From NCBI GenBank assembly GCA_947628515.1, contig CANRAG010000002.1, positions 458-64,457 of the forward strand: a stretch of 64,000 nucleotides of DNA, in the 5' to 3' direction. The notes beneath the pieces were generated by a model. That model made no database searches. It saw only the letters and a list, made by a program, of their open reading frames with translations, and was not told the DNA's origin. Shown one piece after another: positions 44,915-55,165 of the stretch (position 1 is its first letter; the number at the start of each line of letters is the position of its first letter). This DNA comes from an uncultured Clostridia bacterium. GTDB taxonomy: Bacteria > Bacillota > Clostridia > UBA1381. The position numbers and the translations under genes are program-made.

Positions 44915-47788
44915 TTACTGATAATTTTTGATTACAAGAATTTGCCTCGGCGCGCCGTAGTCGGAGCTTACAAACACCAAATCGTTCGGTTCAATATCGT
45001 TTATCCCTTTAAGCTCTACCTCTTTGCGCTTTGCGTCGTACCAATAAACATTGGTGGAGCCTGCGCCGTACACGCCAATCTTGGTTATCCACAGCTTATC
45101 GCTTGTTATGCCCGACTCGGTCGTTATACCCGGAGCCTTGTAGTAGTCGCCCTGGTTCGTGCTGTTTTCATCTATGCCTATAACCATTGAGTTGGCTCCT
45201 ACCTCCTTGACAATTCCGACGGTACGCTCGTATACGACCGAACTCTGGCTTGTGCCCATCAGAGACTGCCTGGAAAGATTTAGCTTTGAGTAATCGCAGC
45301 GGCTGTCGAAAATTTCACTCGCGCCAACCACATTGTTCCTGTTGTCATACTCTATCTGCCATACGTCGCCCTTGTCTATCTTATCTGCCTTTTCCTTGTT
45401 TTCGTCGTATTCCATGGTGTATACTACCGGCTTACCCATAACGTAGCCCGAAATTTCCGTAACGATCGTTCCCTCGTCGTTAACGCTCGTTTGCACTCCC
45501 GAAACTATAACGCAATCGCTGTCATAATACGAAACGTCCTTTACCTTTGTGCTGACGGATGCCGCGCCGGGGAATATAACCATTATCGAAGCCACATTAC
45601 AATATGAGATATTATACGCCGCGCAGTCGTACTGACGATTGTGTACAAGGTTTGACGAGCCGGTCTTTACCTGCCAGCTTCTTTCGTCCGCGGATGACAA
45701 ATCAAATATCATAACATCATCCGCCGGAATGAAATCGGTAAAGAATGTCCTGAAGCATCTTCTTATCCCGCGCACGCCCGGTCCGGCGTCGCCCGCGGTA
45801 TTTGTATATGTGCTCAGAATACCGACATTCATACGGTCTATGGTTACGTCTACGCCGCTTTTTATATCATTGCCGGTATAGTTCCAGTTATTATATACGG
45901 TCGGCGTTATGATTTGCGAAACCTCATTCTTTTCGTTAATCTTGTAAGCTATGAGCCGGTTTTGCATAGCCTGACCGCCAAGAGTGTCAAAAACCTTCAT
46001 CGCGTCGGTCGATTTGCCGTTAAGCGTCAGTCTTGACGCCAATTTCAGCTTTTCCACCAATTCGGTATTCTTTCTGAACATTTTTACCAGCACCGTTTCG
46101 CCGTCGTCGTCTATCGCGCCCTTCATGAGGATCGCATAGTCATACGCCGAAGAATCCACGGTGTACGCCGCTACCTTGCCGTTCGCGTCAAGATAGAGAG
46201 TACCGGTGTATCCGGTCTTTAAGTCTACGAGGTTGGCGCGCGGAACTATTTCGTAAACGGTATCGTTTATCCTGATTTCATCATCGCTAAAGGATGTTAT
46301 TGTTCCGCTTACCTTTTCGGTCGAAATATGTATATCCGCGTATTGCTCGCCGCGTATGTTCCTGCTTCTTGCCACCGATATTACAATTTCGGGTTTTATT
46401 CCGGCTGCGGTAGTTTCCGTGCCATCCTTAAAATATCTGTACTCCGTGCCGTCCTCCAAATCGATTGGGGAATATCTCGTGCTCGCGTCATTGGTTATTA
46501 CGGCGCTGTTACTCATCGGGTCCGTTACGTCGGAAACAAATATTCTGCCTTCCTCCGAGTTTACGCTTCGGACTACGTATGTTTCATAACTGTTTATGAA
46601 CAAAACGTCATATGTGCCGTTGCCGTCACTGTCAAGCAGACGCATATCCGTCGAATAGTCCGCAAACGAGCCAAAATCGATGTTGCCTATAATATCCTCA
46701 TAAACACCGTTTACAATAACCGGCGCGTTGTCGGCCATGCTGGCTGTTTTTTGCTTTGAGCTGTCGTGGACGTAGTAGCGCAGTCTGTTCCCGCTAAAGC
46801 TCTCAAAATCGCTGTACGCGATTGAAATTACGGTATTGTCGCTCTCTTTCTCAAGAACGTACAGTATCTTCATTTCGTCCATCTCATAGTAGCAGGTCAC
46901 GCGCTTGCCGAGCATATCCTCGCCAATCAGCCCGTCGTCCGTATAAATCTCGCTGTCTATTTTAACGCCGTTCTCGCCCACATCCGAAGCCTCGCTGTAG
47001 AGTCCTGTTCTTTCCAGCGCCGTAATATGGCCTGTAACCTTTTCCACGTTAAAATACTTGTTTAAAAGATTTTCGCCCTTTTGTATTTCATAATCTTCAT
47101 CGCATATATCCGTTTCAAGGGCGTTGCACACCATTACCGCCGCCTGTTCCTTTGTTACCGTCGAATTCTCGTTAAGCGATACGTAACGGCCAAGCTCCAA
47201 ACTCGCCGCCGTGCTTATGTACCCGTCCGGATAGCCCCCGGCGTATTCGGCATAAACCGAATAGCCCAGAACAGTGACAAGCACCTTCATCATATCTCTG
47301 TATACCACCGGCTCGTTAGGCCTGAACGTTCCGTCGTCATAACCGGTCATAATGCCGAGATCGGATATAAACTGTACGGTGGCGTAGTTTTTATCATCAA
47401 ATCCGACGTCGCTGAATTTCTGAACTCTTACCTCCTGTGCCGGAGCGATAAGCGCCGAGCCCATCCATTCCGTGTTTATCGTCTGACCGTTTGCCGACTC
47501 GACAGCGGCGCTGCCGTCCGCGTTTACCGTTCCTTTCAGGTTAAGCATACCCAACGCAATCCCGGCAAGATCCCCGCGTGTGATTATGGTATCTCCTTCA
47601 AATTCCATGCTCTCGCTTATTTGCATAATATTGAGCATTGTGCACATTTCTATTGCGGGCTTAAACCTGCTCGTGTCGGTATCCTGCGGCATTTCTGTTG
47701 AGAACGCTGACACGGGAATACACGATGCCGCAACGGAGAATACCGCCACAATCGCCGCGATGATATTCTTCTTCATTCTTATAATCAT
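44915..47788 (-). CDS. Cell-surface protein with N-terminal SLH repeats and a long uncharacterised beta-rich body
   Basis: 957 aa. A signal peptide is followed by FSDVGFDDKNYATVQFISDLGIMTGYDDGTFRPNEPVVYRDMMKVLVTVLGY (canonical SLH) and flanking SLH-like repeats. I recognise no catalytic motif in the remainder. Confidence 0.7.
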   Translation of the reverse strand: MIIRMKKNIIAAIVAVFSVAASCIPVSAFSTEMPQDTDTSRFKPAIEMCTMLNIMQISESMEFEGDTIITRGDLAGIALGMLNLKGTVNADGSAAVESANGQTINTEWMGSALIAPAQEVRVQKFSDVGFDDKNYATVQFISDLGIMTGYDDGTFRPNEPVVYRDMMKVLVTVLGYSVYAEYAGGYPDGYISTAASLELGRYVSLNENSTVTKEQAAVMVCNALETDICDEDYEIQKGENLLNKYFNVEKVTGHITALERTGLYSEASDVGENGVKIDSEIYTDDGLIGEDMLGKRVTCYYEMDEMKILYVLEKESDNTVISIAYSDFESFSGNRLRYYVHDSSKQKTASMADNAPVIVNGVYEDIIGNIDFGSFADYSTDMRLLDSDGNGTYDVLFINSYETYVVRSVNSEEGRIFVSDVTDPMSNSAVITNDASTRYSPIDLEDGTEYRYFKDGTETTAAGIKPEIVISVARSRNIRGEQYADIHISTEKVSGTITSFSDDEIRINDTVYEIVPRANLVDLKTGYTGTLYLDANGKVAAYTVDSSAYDYAILMKGAIDDDGETVLVKMFRKNTELVEKLKLASRLTLNGKSTDAMKVFDTLGGQAMQNRLIAYKINEKNEVSQIITPTVYNNWNYTGNDIKSGVDVTIDRMNVGILSTYTNTAGDAGPGVRGIRRCFRTFFTDFIPADDVMIFDLSSADERSWQVKTGSSNLVHNRQYDCAAYNISYCNVASIMVIFPGAASVSTKVKDVSYYDSDCVIVSGVQTSVNDEGTIVTEISGYVMGKPVVYTMEYDENKEKADKIDKGDVWQIEYDNRNNVVGASEIFDSRCDYSKLNLSRQSLMGTSQSSVVYERTVGIVKEVGANSMVIGIDENSTNQGDYYKAPGITTESGITSDKLWITKIGVYGAGSTNVYWYDAKRKEVELKGINDIEPNDLVFVSSDYGAPRQILVIKNYQ

Positions 47789-47814
47789 TTAATTTCTCCT
47801 AAGTCTATCCGCGC

Positions 47815-49551
47815 TTATTGCTTGTTAAGGCAGTCATATAATCTGTTAGCAACAACTGCCGCCTGCGCTCTTGTCGCGTTCTGCGTCGGAGCAAAGCTTC
47901 CGTCCTGCATACCCGTCATAAGACCGCGATACGCACATTCCATTGCAAAATCCCGCGCCCAATCGCTTATGGCGTCGGTATCCGGAAAGGCTGCGGTATC
48001 CGTTTCCGTAAAATCATCACTGTCCGCCTCGGTTCTGTACGCTAAAACGAGCATCTTAGCCATCTCCTCGCGTTTTATAGCGTCGTTCGGTCTGAACAGT
48101 CCGCCATCTCCGCTTACTATTCCCAGTTTCGCGCACGCCGAAACGAATTCCGCATACCACGCGCCCGACTCCACATCGGCAAACTCGTTTTCATACGTTT
48201 CGCCGTCACGGCCAATAGCGTTTAAAATCATTTTTGAAAATTCCGCCCTTGTAACCGGCGCTTCCGGATAAAAGTTTCCGTCGCCGTCACCGGACACTAT
48301 TTTGCGCGCAACCGCTGTTTTTATATCCTCGTTTGCCCAATGGTCCGGAGCTACGTCTTTAAAATCCTCCGTCTGTTCGGTAAAGTCATTGCCGTCCTTA
48401 TCCGGTTCGGCGGTCGGCGTGGGTTCGGAGGGCGCTTGCGTCGGTGCTGTTACGGGCGTCACGGGTTTTGAAAGCGAGGTTCCGCCGCCTCCGCCTCCGC
48501 CGCCACCTCCGCCGCCTCCGCCGGCGGTAGACGCGGAGCTTATATAAACGGCGCTCTCCGATATTGCCGGCACTCCGGTCAATCTGCCGTCATTGGCTCC
48601 GGGCGTTATTTTAAGTTTGAGATACTTCCCCGCGTCGGAAGAATTGGGGATGTATGTAAGCCCCCTGCCCGCCGTTTCGTACACGCCGTTCTGTGAGCCG
48701 CTCCTCAGCCACTCGTATTCCGAACTCTTTTCGGGCTTGCCCTGAAAATCGTGGTAGTCATAGCTGCCTTTCAATGTTCCGCCCACCTTCGCGGTTCCCG
48801 TAATACGTATATTATCCACATACGGAAGAGTAGTAATCTCCACTACATTGCCGCTTACTGCCGCCTCGCAGTAGTCTTTTGAATTTTCCGTCTTTACTTT
48901 TACAACCGCGCGCAGATAAATTTTCTTGTCCGCAAACGACTCCTTATGACTGTTATAAACCCGCTCTATATCGGTCGGAGACAGGGTATATGAATTACTG
49001 TTCGACTCATAAGCGTCAAAGTATTCGCCGTCCGGCGTACCCGCCAGCTGCCATATACAGTCTATGTCGCCCATGGCATAGGAAAACGCCGAAAAATAAT
49101 CAAAATACGCGGTTAGGCTATCGTTGTCATACGCCTTGTCCGCTGCAGCGCCGTCCTTTCGGATTTCTACATTTTTAATGTAGAATGTATCCCTTGACGC
49201 GTCAAAGGTAAATGTTTTGGCTGCCGACGCGTCCGTTTTTGTGCCCCTCGCCGTTACCGTATACTCTCCGCTTTGATAGGCGGACGTCATTTTTATATCA
49301 ATATCAAACGCGCCCTTTGAGGTGCTTGTGGTCTGGTCGATATAAACCGTGTCTCCGCCCGAATCGGTAAGCTCTATCGAAACATACGAGCCCGAATTCA
49401 TTTCGCCTATATTGCCCGAAACGGAAATAAACCCGTTTTCATAATCAAGCTCCACATCGTTTAGCGTAACGCTGTATCCATCGGCATAAGCGTGACCGCA
49501 AAATGAGACTGCGGCACAAAACGATATTAATAATACTGCTGTTTTTTTCAT
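47815..49551 (-). CDS. Cell-surface protein with Ig-like N-terminal domains, a Gly14 hinge, a Pro/Thr linker and three C-terminal SLH repeats
   Basis: 578 aa. Signal peptide MKKTAVLLISFCAAVSFCGHAYA. Then ...ITGTAKVGGTLKGSYDYHDFQGKPEKSSEYEWLRS... (Ig-like repeat), the G14 run (48481-48522), and SLH repeats FKDVAPDHWANEDIKTAV..., FADVESGAWYAEFVSACAKLGIVSG... and FPDTDAISDWARDFAMECAYRGLMTG... Confidence 0.8.
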   Translation of the reverse strand: MKKTAVLLISFCAAVSFCGHAYADGYSVTLNDVELDYENGFISVSGNIGEMNSGSYVSIELTDSGGDTVYIDQTTSTSKGAFDIDIKMTSAYQSGEYTVTARGTKTDASAAKTFTFDASRDTFYIKNVEIRKDGAAADKAYDNDSLTAYFDYFSAFSYAMGDIDCIWQLAGTPDGEYFDAYESNSNSYTLSPTDIERVYNSHKESFADKKIYLRAVVKVKTENSKDYCEAAVSGNVVEITTLPYVDNIRITGTAKVGGTLKGSYDYHDFQGKPEKSSEYEWLRSGSQNGVYETAGRGLTYIPNSSDAGKYLKLKITPGANDGRLTGVPAISESAVYISSASTAGGGGGGGGGGGGGGTSLSKPVTPVTAPTQAPSEPTPTAEPDKDGNDFTEQTEDFKDVAPDHWANEDIKTAVARKIVSGDGDGNFYPEAPVTRAEFSKMILNAIGRDGETYENEFADVESGAWYAEFVSACAKLGIVSGDGGLFRPNDAIKREEMAKMLVLAYRTEADSDDFTETDTAAFPDTDAISDWARDFAMECAYRGLMTGMQDGSFAPTQNATRAQAAVVANRLYDCLNKQ

Positions 49552-49559
49552 AATTTACC

Positions 49560-50966
49560 TCATATACCCACATGCGTACCGTCACACACAACCGCATCGG
49601 TAAGCGGGTAGTTTGCGCTGTCCCATACCATATATTTTATAATCTGTTGTTCCTTGTCGGCAACCGTAATTTCGGGCAGTGTAACGGCTGTTTCACCGGC
49701 GGGAAGCGTAACTGTCTTTTCCGCCTTCCCGACAAACATATAGCCCGTATCACTCTTATTGTACAGCGCCGCGATAACTCTTACTTCCTGCCCTTCCGCC
49801 GCGCTTTTAAGCTTCATTTCACCGGTTACAGTTCCTTCTTCCAAAGCCGCGCCGCAGCTTAACGTCACGGGCGCGTCGGCGTCGGCATATACCACCGATT
49901 CTATTATAGGCCTTTTTTCGGTTGTAAACTCTATGCCCACCGGCGCCGCGTTGCTAAACCCGTATTGATCCTTAACCGACGACAGGAAAGTCAGACTGTA
50001 CCTCGTGAAATATTCAACCAATCCCGCAGGATAAACAGTGCATACGTTCGGCTCAAACATCATCGGAATTGCCGTCAATTTCTCGCCTGTAGCCTCGTTT
50101 GTCATCTCTACGGACGTATCGTTAATCGTGTCCGTATCCATATCACAGTCAAAGGAAACGGTGTACGGTCCGCTCACGCTTGCGCCGAAAGAACCGTCCG
50201 TCGGGTCGGATGAGCCTATTCCGTAAGGTGAAATCTGGTATACCTTTATATAGTCGAAATCCCATATTATAGGCGTAGCCAGCGCGACGTTTCCGTCGTC
50301 GTCGCCGTAGTCGAGAACAGTCTTGTTATTTCCCGACTTCATATATTCTCCGTCGGCGTTTTTACCGGCGAGCGGCCTCGGATAGAACTTTATCTGCGAT
50401 ATGTCGTTCTCACCCAGAGCGGCAAACGCCGTTGTTGTTATAAGCTCGTCATTTCTGAATTCCGTAATTTCCTTTGTTACCGGATTTATGACATACTTAA
50501 TCGTATATTCACCTCCGTCAACAGGCAACGTTCGCTTCTGCGATTCACCTTCCCCGGCAAATACGCTTGAACCTGCCGTTACCTGCATACCGTATGTGAA
50601 TGTCGGAATATAATCGTCAACCGTGTCGTCCTGCAGCGTCACGGTAAACTTTGTTTCAAGTACCGTGCAAAGCTGCTCGCCGCTTGCGGCAAACGCCGAC
50701 GGTCTCAATGTCTGCATATTAACCTTATAAAAAGAATAATTCCCGCTTATAAGCTTAAAGCTCTCTTTGTTTTCCGCAACCTCTATCGACTGGTTCGCGG
50801 TCAACACGCAGTTCATTTCATAGTCCCCGTCCGTGAGCTTCGGGGAGGCAAATGAAATGTTATTGTCTATAGTCAGACACTCAATATTTCCCGCGCTCAC
50901 CGGTGCGGGCGAAATAAACATCGCCGCAGCGGCGGCCAATATTGCAGTCGCAAAAAATTTTCGCAT
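49560..50966 (-). CDS. Secreted protein with one unassigned module, an Ig-like domain and the AALY...VWDS C-terminal domain
   Basis: The signal peptide MRKFFATAILAAAAAMFISPAPVSAGN starts at ATG 50966 (or 50972); the long track ORF from 51110 overlaps the upstream gene. The module end is ...TPIIWDFDYIKVYQI. The C-terminal region is ...VRVIAALYNKSDTGYMFVG...IIKYMVWDSANYPL. Confidence 0.7.
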   Translation of the reverse strand: MRKFFATAILAAAAAMFISPAPVSAGNIECLTIDNNISFASPKLTDGDYEMNCVLTANQSIEVAENKESFKLISGNYSFYKVNMQTLRPSAFAASGEQLCTVLETKFTVTLQDDTVDDYIPTFTYGMQVTAGSSVFAGEGESQKRTLPVDGGEYTIKYVINPVTKEITEFRNDELITTTAFAALGENDISQIKFYPRPLAGKNADGEYMKSGNNKTVLDYGDDDGNVALATPIIWDFDYIKVYQISPYGIGSSDPTDGSFGASVSGPYTVSFDCDMDTDTINDTSVEMTNEATGEKLTAIPMMFEPNVCTVYPAGLVEYFTRYSLTFLSSVKDQYGFSNAAPVGIEFTTEKRPIIESVVYADADAPVTLSCGAALEEGTVTGEMKLKSAAEGQEVRVIAALYNKSDTGYMFVGKAEKTVTLPAGETAVTLPEITVADKEQQIIKYMVWDSANYPLTDAVVCDGTHVGI

Positions 50967-51033
50967 AAACATCTTTCCTTTCAGGTGATTGCCGCAAGCG
51001 GAGAAGCGCCTCCGCCTGCGGCAAATTGTTAAA

Positions 51034-54000
51034 TCAGTCTCCGAACAACTGTACCTCTGTAATACTGTTCCACTCGCTGGTTTCACAGCCATGCACGGCA
51101 AGCCGTACATATCTTCCGCCGGACTCCCTTATCTTAAAGTATTCCATATCGGCTGTTTCTCCGCCGGACAGTCCGGAATATACGGTTTCCCAGTTTTCCT
51201 TGTCATTCGATACAAGAACGTCAAATATTTGCTTTCGCGTATTGCCGTTTAATACCGCCATACCTAAATATTTAATCTTATGCGAGCTGCCGAGATCCAA
51301 ATCAAGATACTGTTCTCCCATTGCCGACCATCTTGAGTCGGGAGTGAGGTCGCCGTCTATGGTGTACGCCGCGATGTGGTTGGACTCCGGAGTGTCGCTG
51401 GCCTCCGCTTTAATTATCGGAATTTGCCTTGCGCCGGACGGCGCGCCCATCCTCTTTACGGTTACAAGATATATGGACTTGTTGTTGGCGTTCGCTCTGT
51501 CCGCCACTACAACGGTAGTCGTATCCTCATCCTTAGAGTACGATACGTCCGCGTCCGCCGTTCCCTCTATGACAGGTTCTGTGGCGCTGTCTATCGCAAT
51601 CGGTGAGAGATATGTGTATATATGCTCGTCGCTTGAAAAATTGTCCGGCGTTACTCCGTCAATTGTAAGATTTGTAAGCTGAGGCTTCACCGTCGCCATA
51701 AGCGAGCCGTTATCAATCGTCCATTTCTCCATCGGTCTTGATTTGGGTATGGCAATCGACGGGGCATCCTCGCCTATATCGAGCGGTACAAAGTTAACCG
51801 TTATTGTCACCTTTTGCGTTTTGGGAAGCTCTATTGCAAGCTTCTTTGTGGTGTTTACGGAGTTTACGCTAAGCGGGAACTCCTCGCCCGGCAAATATGT
51901 GGCAGGAATTTCCTTGAAAACGCCCTCGGACGGGCTTGCTATCCCTACCCACATCTGTTTCGATTGATATGTGAGCAGCGCTGATTTTCCGTCGTCGGCA
52001 ATGTTTACATTTGCCGGCGTGTTCATAAGCCACCATATGGTTGAGTCCTCGCTGCTTGTTACAATCTCATCCTGTATTGTCATAAGCTGCCTGTTTTCAG
52101 ACAGCATTATGCCGCGCTTATAGCTCTTGGCGTCGCGGCTGTAGCAGTCGCCCAAATCCACAATTGTGTAGCCGCCTTTCGGCTTTGAAACTATTTTTTC
52201 AATTATCGGCTGTCCCTGCGGATTTTGCTCCGGACGTATATCCGCCGTGCCGTCGCCCCAAATTACGACCGCCGTCTTTCCCTCGGTCCTAAGCCTGTAT
52301 ATATGGCTTCGTCCCGCAACGGTCTGCTCGCCCTTTCCATCATTATAGTCGGGGCGTGTCGCGTCGAAGTAGCCCGGATAGTTGTAGTCGTCCTTTCCGA
52401 GACTGCCCATAACCCAATGCACACCGTTAGCCTCGATATCCACCTGACCGGCGTCCAGGTGTCCGTGTGACGCCGCGTTCGACGCCGCGTGTATCGATAT
52501 GAAATTGCCGTTGGTCGTCCAATTGTTCCTGAATGAAACCAAATCGAGCGCGGGAATAAGGTTATCGAGCTGCGTCATTTCCTCTTCTTCGGCGTTCATG
52601 CTCCTGTCGTAAAAGTCCTTATTATAGAACTGCAGAAGGCGCCAATCAAACAGCGTCGCGGATTTTAACTTGTCAAATATTATTTTTCCGAGCGCCGTAT
52701 CGTCATAACGTGTCGCAAGCCAAAGCCTCGGCATGGCAACCCCCTCTATTATATCGGCGTCACCTATGGAAATGCTGGTGGTGGCCCCTGCCGAACGCAG
52801 CGGGAACCATCCGGCGTTCCTGAGCCCGTTCGTGTCGCTTAGCCCGAAGTCGGTACCCATTATATGCTTGTCAACTTCAAAGCCAATCTCCGCAAACGAC
52901 AAACCGTAGTCAAAATATGACTGACCTTCCTCCGTCTGTCCCATAGGCTCAAACTCTCTTATATATGCCGTTTCGTTATTCATTGTCGTCGCGATAATCT
53001 CCGCGCACAAATCAGGATCCCGCTCATAGCACATATACGCGCCAAGTCTTAAACCGGTGTGGCATATTCCGTTCCAGTTCTGACCGCTGGTTGTCCAGAA
53101 CGCGCCCGTTTTCATTCCTTCCAGACCGGGCTTTAGCGCTTTTTCTATTATAGCGTCCTCAATATCCGCCTTTTCCTGTTTTGACATCATATCGTACACA
53201 AGATCATAGGCTATGGAGATATATGTGGTAGCTACGCCCGCGTCAAGGAAGTGCCGCGGCGCGCCCCAGTCGTCAAAGGTGGCCACGGCGGCAAACACGG
53301 CTTTTATTCGCCGCAGATATGCCGCGTCTCCGGTCATCTTATACGCGTACGCAAGCGGCGGCAACGAATTAACTTCAAAATTATGCAAGTCCTCAACTCG
53401 CAAATTCGCCTCATCGAGATGATATGTTGGCAGCGCGTATGGAAGCGCATTGTTCGCCAGACTGATATTATAGTCATTTATCCTCTTGAAAAGCTCGTCG
53501 CCGTCCTCGATATATTTCTTCATACGGTTAAGGTCATCTTCGGTGGAAAACAGCGACGGATGCGTTCCTATAGCGCCCGTACTCTCTATCGCCGCTTTTA
53601 CCATTTCCGTCGTTATCGTATTAAACTTAACGCCCGCCTGCTGCTCGTCGAGCGGCACATAGTCCGTCGCATAGTCATATGTCCAATATCTGTCGCCCGT
53701 TATTTCATTTACCGTATCGGAAATAAAAGCTTTTTCATTGTTTGGATTAAGCGCCGCGTTACCTATTACTATAACGCCGTCACTGTTCCAGAAAACCTTG
53801 TTTCCCAGGGCCTCCACAAATATCAGCGCCGGTACCATGGACGCGTCGCCGGACATGCAAACAGCCGCGTCCATCTTAGCCGGAACTCCATCCGCCATGA
53901 TGCTGTCCGAACCAACCGTCAGTTTCACGGAATGTCCGTTCCCCTCAACGGTTATTGCTTCCGTCGCATCGTCATAGCCAACGCTCGCGCCCATTGCGGC

Positions 54001-54231
54001 GGCGGCTCCGCGCACGGGAATCATGACAATATCATTTCTTATGTACGGCATCGCGTCTTCATTTGTTTGGTCAACCTTCCCTATCTCGCCGTTGGCATAC
54101 GCCTTATTTTTCCCGACGACCATTATCATGCTTATGTCGTCAGATGACGCGCCTGCGGAAAGCGGAAAAGCACCGGCCGGCAGCAGAGCCGCGGCAATGA
54201 CCGCGCAAACGGCTTTTTTTGCCTTTTTCAT
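51034..54231 (-). CDS. Secreted heparinase II/III-like polysaccharide lyase with N-terminal copper-amine-oxidase-N-like domain and C-terminal F5/8 type C (discoidin) domain
   Basis: 1065 aa with a signal peptide. AYANGEIGKVDQTNEDAMPYIRNDIVMIPVRGAAAAMGASVGYD is the stalk-like Cu_amine_oxidN1 repeat. GQNWNGICHTGLRLGA and ASHGHLDAGQVDIEANG are heparinase II/III toroid and sandwich blocks. The C-terminal AAYTIDGDLTPDSRWSAMG...RYVRLAVHG...SITEVQLFG is a discoidin domain. Confidence 0.7.
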   Translation of the reverse strand: MKKAKKAVCAVIAAALLPAGAFPLSAGASSDDISMIMVVGKNKAYANGEIGKVDQTNEDAMPYIRNDIVMIPVRGAAAAMGASVGYDDATEAITVEGNGHSVKLTVGSDSIMADGVPAKMDAAVCMSGDASMVPALIFVEALGNKVFWNSDGVIVIGNAALNPNNEKAFISDTVNEITGDRYWTYDYATDYVPLDEQQAGVKFNTITTEMVKAAIESTGAIGTHPSLFSTEDDLNRMKKYIEDGDELFKRINDYNISLANNALPYALPTYHLDEANLRVEDLHNFEVNSLPPLAYAYKMTGDAAYLRRIKAVFAAVATFDDWGAPRHFLDAGVATTYISIAYDLVYDMMSKQEKADIEDAIIEKALKPGLEGMKTGAFWTTSGQNWNGICHTGLRLGAYMCYERDPDLCAEIIATTMNNETAYIREFEPMGQTEEGQSYFDYGLSFAEIGFEVDKHIMGTDFGLSDTNGLRNAGWFPLRSAGATTSISIGDADIIEGVAMPRLWLATRYDDTALGKIIFDKLKSATLFDWRLLQFYNKDFYDRSMNAEEEEMTQLDNLIPALDLVSFRNNWTTNGNFISIHAASNAASHGHLDAGQVDIEANGVHWVMGSLGKDDYNYPGYFDATRPDYNDGKGEQTVAGRSHIYRLRTEGKTAVVIWGDGTADIRPEQNPQGQPIIEKIVSKPKGGYTIVDLGDCYSRDAKSYKRGIMLSENRQLMTIQDEIVTSSEDSTIWWLMNTPANVNIADDGKSALLTYQSKQMWVGIASPSEGVFKEIPATYLPGEEFPLSVNSVNTTKKLAIELPKTQKVTITVNFVPLDIGEDAPSIAIPKSRPMEKWTIDNGSLMATVKPQLTNLTIDGVTPDNFSSDEHIYTYLSPIAIDSATEPVIEGTADADVSYSKDEDTTTVVVADRANANNKSIYLVTVKRMGAPSGARQIPIIKAEASDTPESNHIAAYTIDGDLTPDSRWSAMGEQYLDLDLGSSHKIKYLGMAVLNGNTRKQIFDVLVSNDKENWETVYSGLSGGETADMEYFKIRESGGRYVRLAVHGCETSEWNSITEVQLFGD

Positions 54232-54262
54232 ATAAGCTGCACATCCTTTCTCGGATTTCTAA

Positions 54263-55144
54263 TCATTCCTTTACCGAACCTACCAGCACTCCCTTTACGA
54301 AATACTTCTGTAAGAAAGGGTATATGCACAGAATGGGCACGGTTGATACTATAATCAAAGCATATTTAACAGTCTCGCCTATATCGGGTCTGTTATCACT
54401 GTTTATAACGGTGCTGTCCGCCATAGTGTTCTGCAGCAAAATCTCCCTTAATACGAGCTGGAGCGGGTAGCGCTCCCTTTCGGTGCGCAGAAATATCATT
54501 GCGTCAAACCATGAATTCCAATGCCCGACGCCGTAATATAGAATCAGAACCGCTATAGTCGGCATCGAAAGCGGAATTACAATCTTAAACAGAATACCTA
54601 TATGGCTCGCTCCGTCCACGCGCGCGGCCTCTTCCAAACTGTCCGGCAGCGACATGAACGCCGTCCGCAGAATAATCAAATAGAATGTATTTATAACGCG
54701 CGGGATTATAATCGCCCACAGACTTCCGTCAAGGCCGGCGTCCTTTACCGTAAAATAAAACGGAACAAGCCCGCCGCCGAAATACATTGTTATGACTATC
54801 ATAATCATGAGCGGTTTGGATAGGATAAAATCCCGCCTTGAAAGTATATACGCGGCTATAGAAGTCATGATTATATTTAAAGTACTTCCCACCGTGAGAA
54901 CAAACAGCGTGTTTAAATAGCCCCTTAATATCGCGGGATTTTGTTTTACAACGCCGTACGCGCTTAAATCAAAGCCTTTTGGCCAGATCAGAATGCCCTG
55001 ATAACGCATCATTTCAACATTATCGCTCACGGACGCCATCAGCACGTGCCATATCGGATACAGACACACTACCATGATGCATGTGAGAAAGATACAGTTT
55101 ACGATGCTGAATACGGTTTCTCCTTTTGATCTCTTTATCTTCAC
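54263..55144 (-). CDS. Carbohydrate ABC transporter permease (LplC/MalG-like)
   Basis: 293 aa with 6 TM segments. The EAA loop is LEEAARVDGASHIGILFKIVIPL. Confidence 0.85.
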   Translation of the reverse strand: MKIKRSKGETVFSIVNCIFLTCIMVVCLYPIWHVLMASVSDNVEMMRYQGILIWPKGFDLSAYGVVKQNPAILRGYLNTLFVLTVGSTLNIIMTSIAAYILSRRDFILSKPLMIMIVITMYFGGGLVPFYFTVKDAGLDGSLWAIIIPRVINTFYLIILRTAFMSLPDSLEEAARVDGASHIGILFKIVIPLSMPTIAVLILYYGVGHWNSWFDAMIFLRTERERYPLQLVLREILLQNTMADSTVINSDNRPDIGETVKYALIIVSTVPILCIYPFLQKYFVKGVLVGSVKE

Positions 55145-55165
55145 TCTGATTCGCTTCTCCCTTCG

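Noticed and set aside
48302-48547. ORF with a 14-residue poly-proline run
   Set aside because: It is the antisense of the Gly14 hinge of the SLH protein at 47815-49551.
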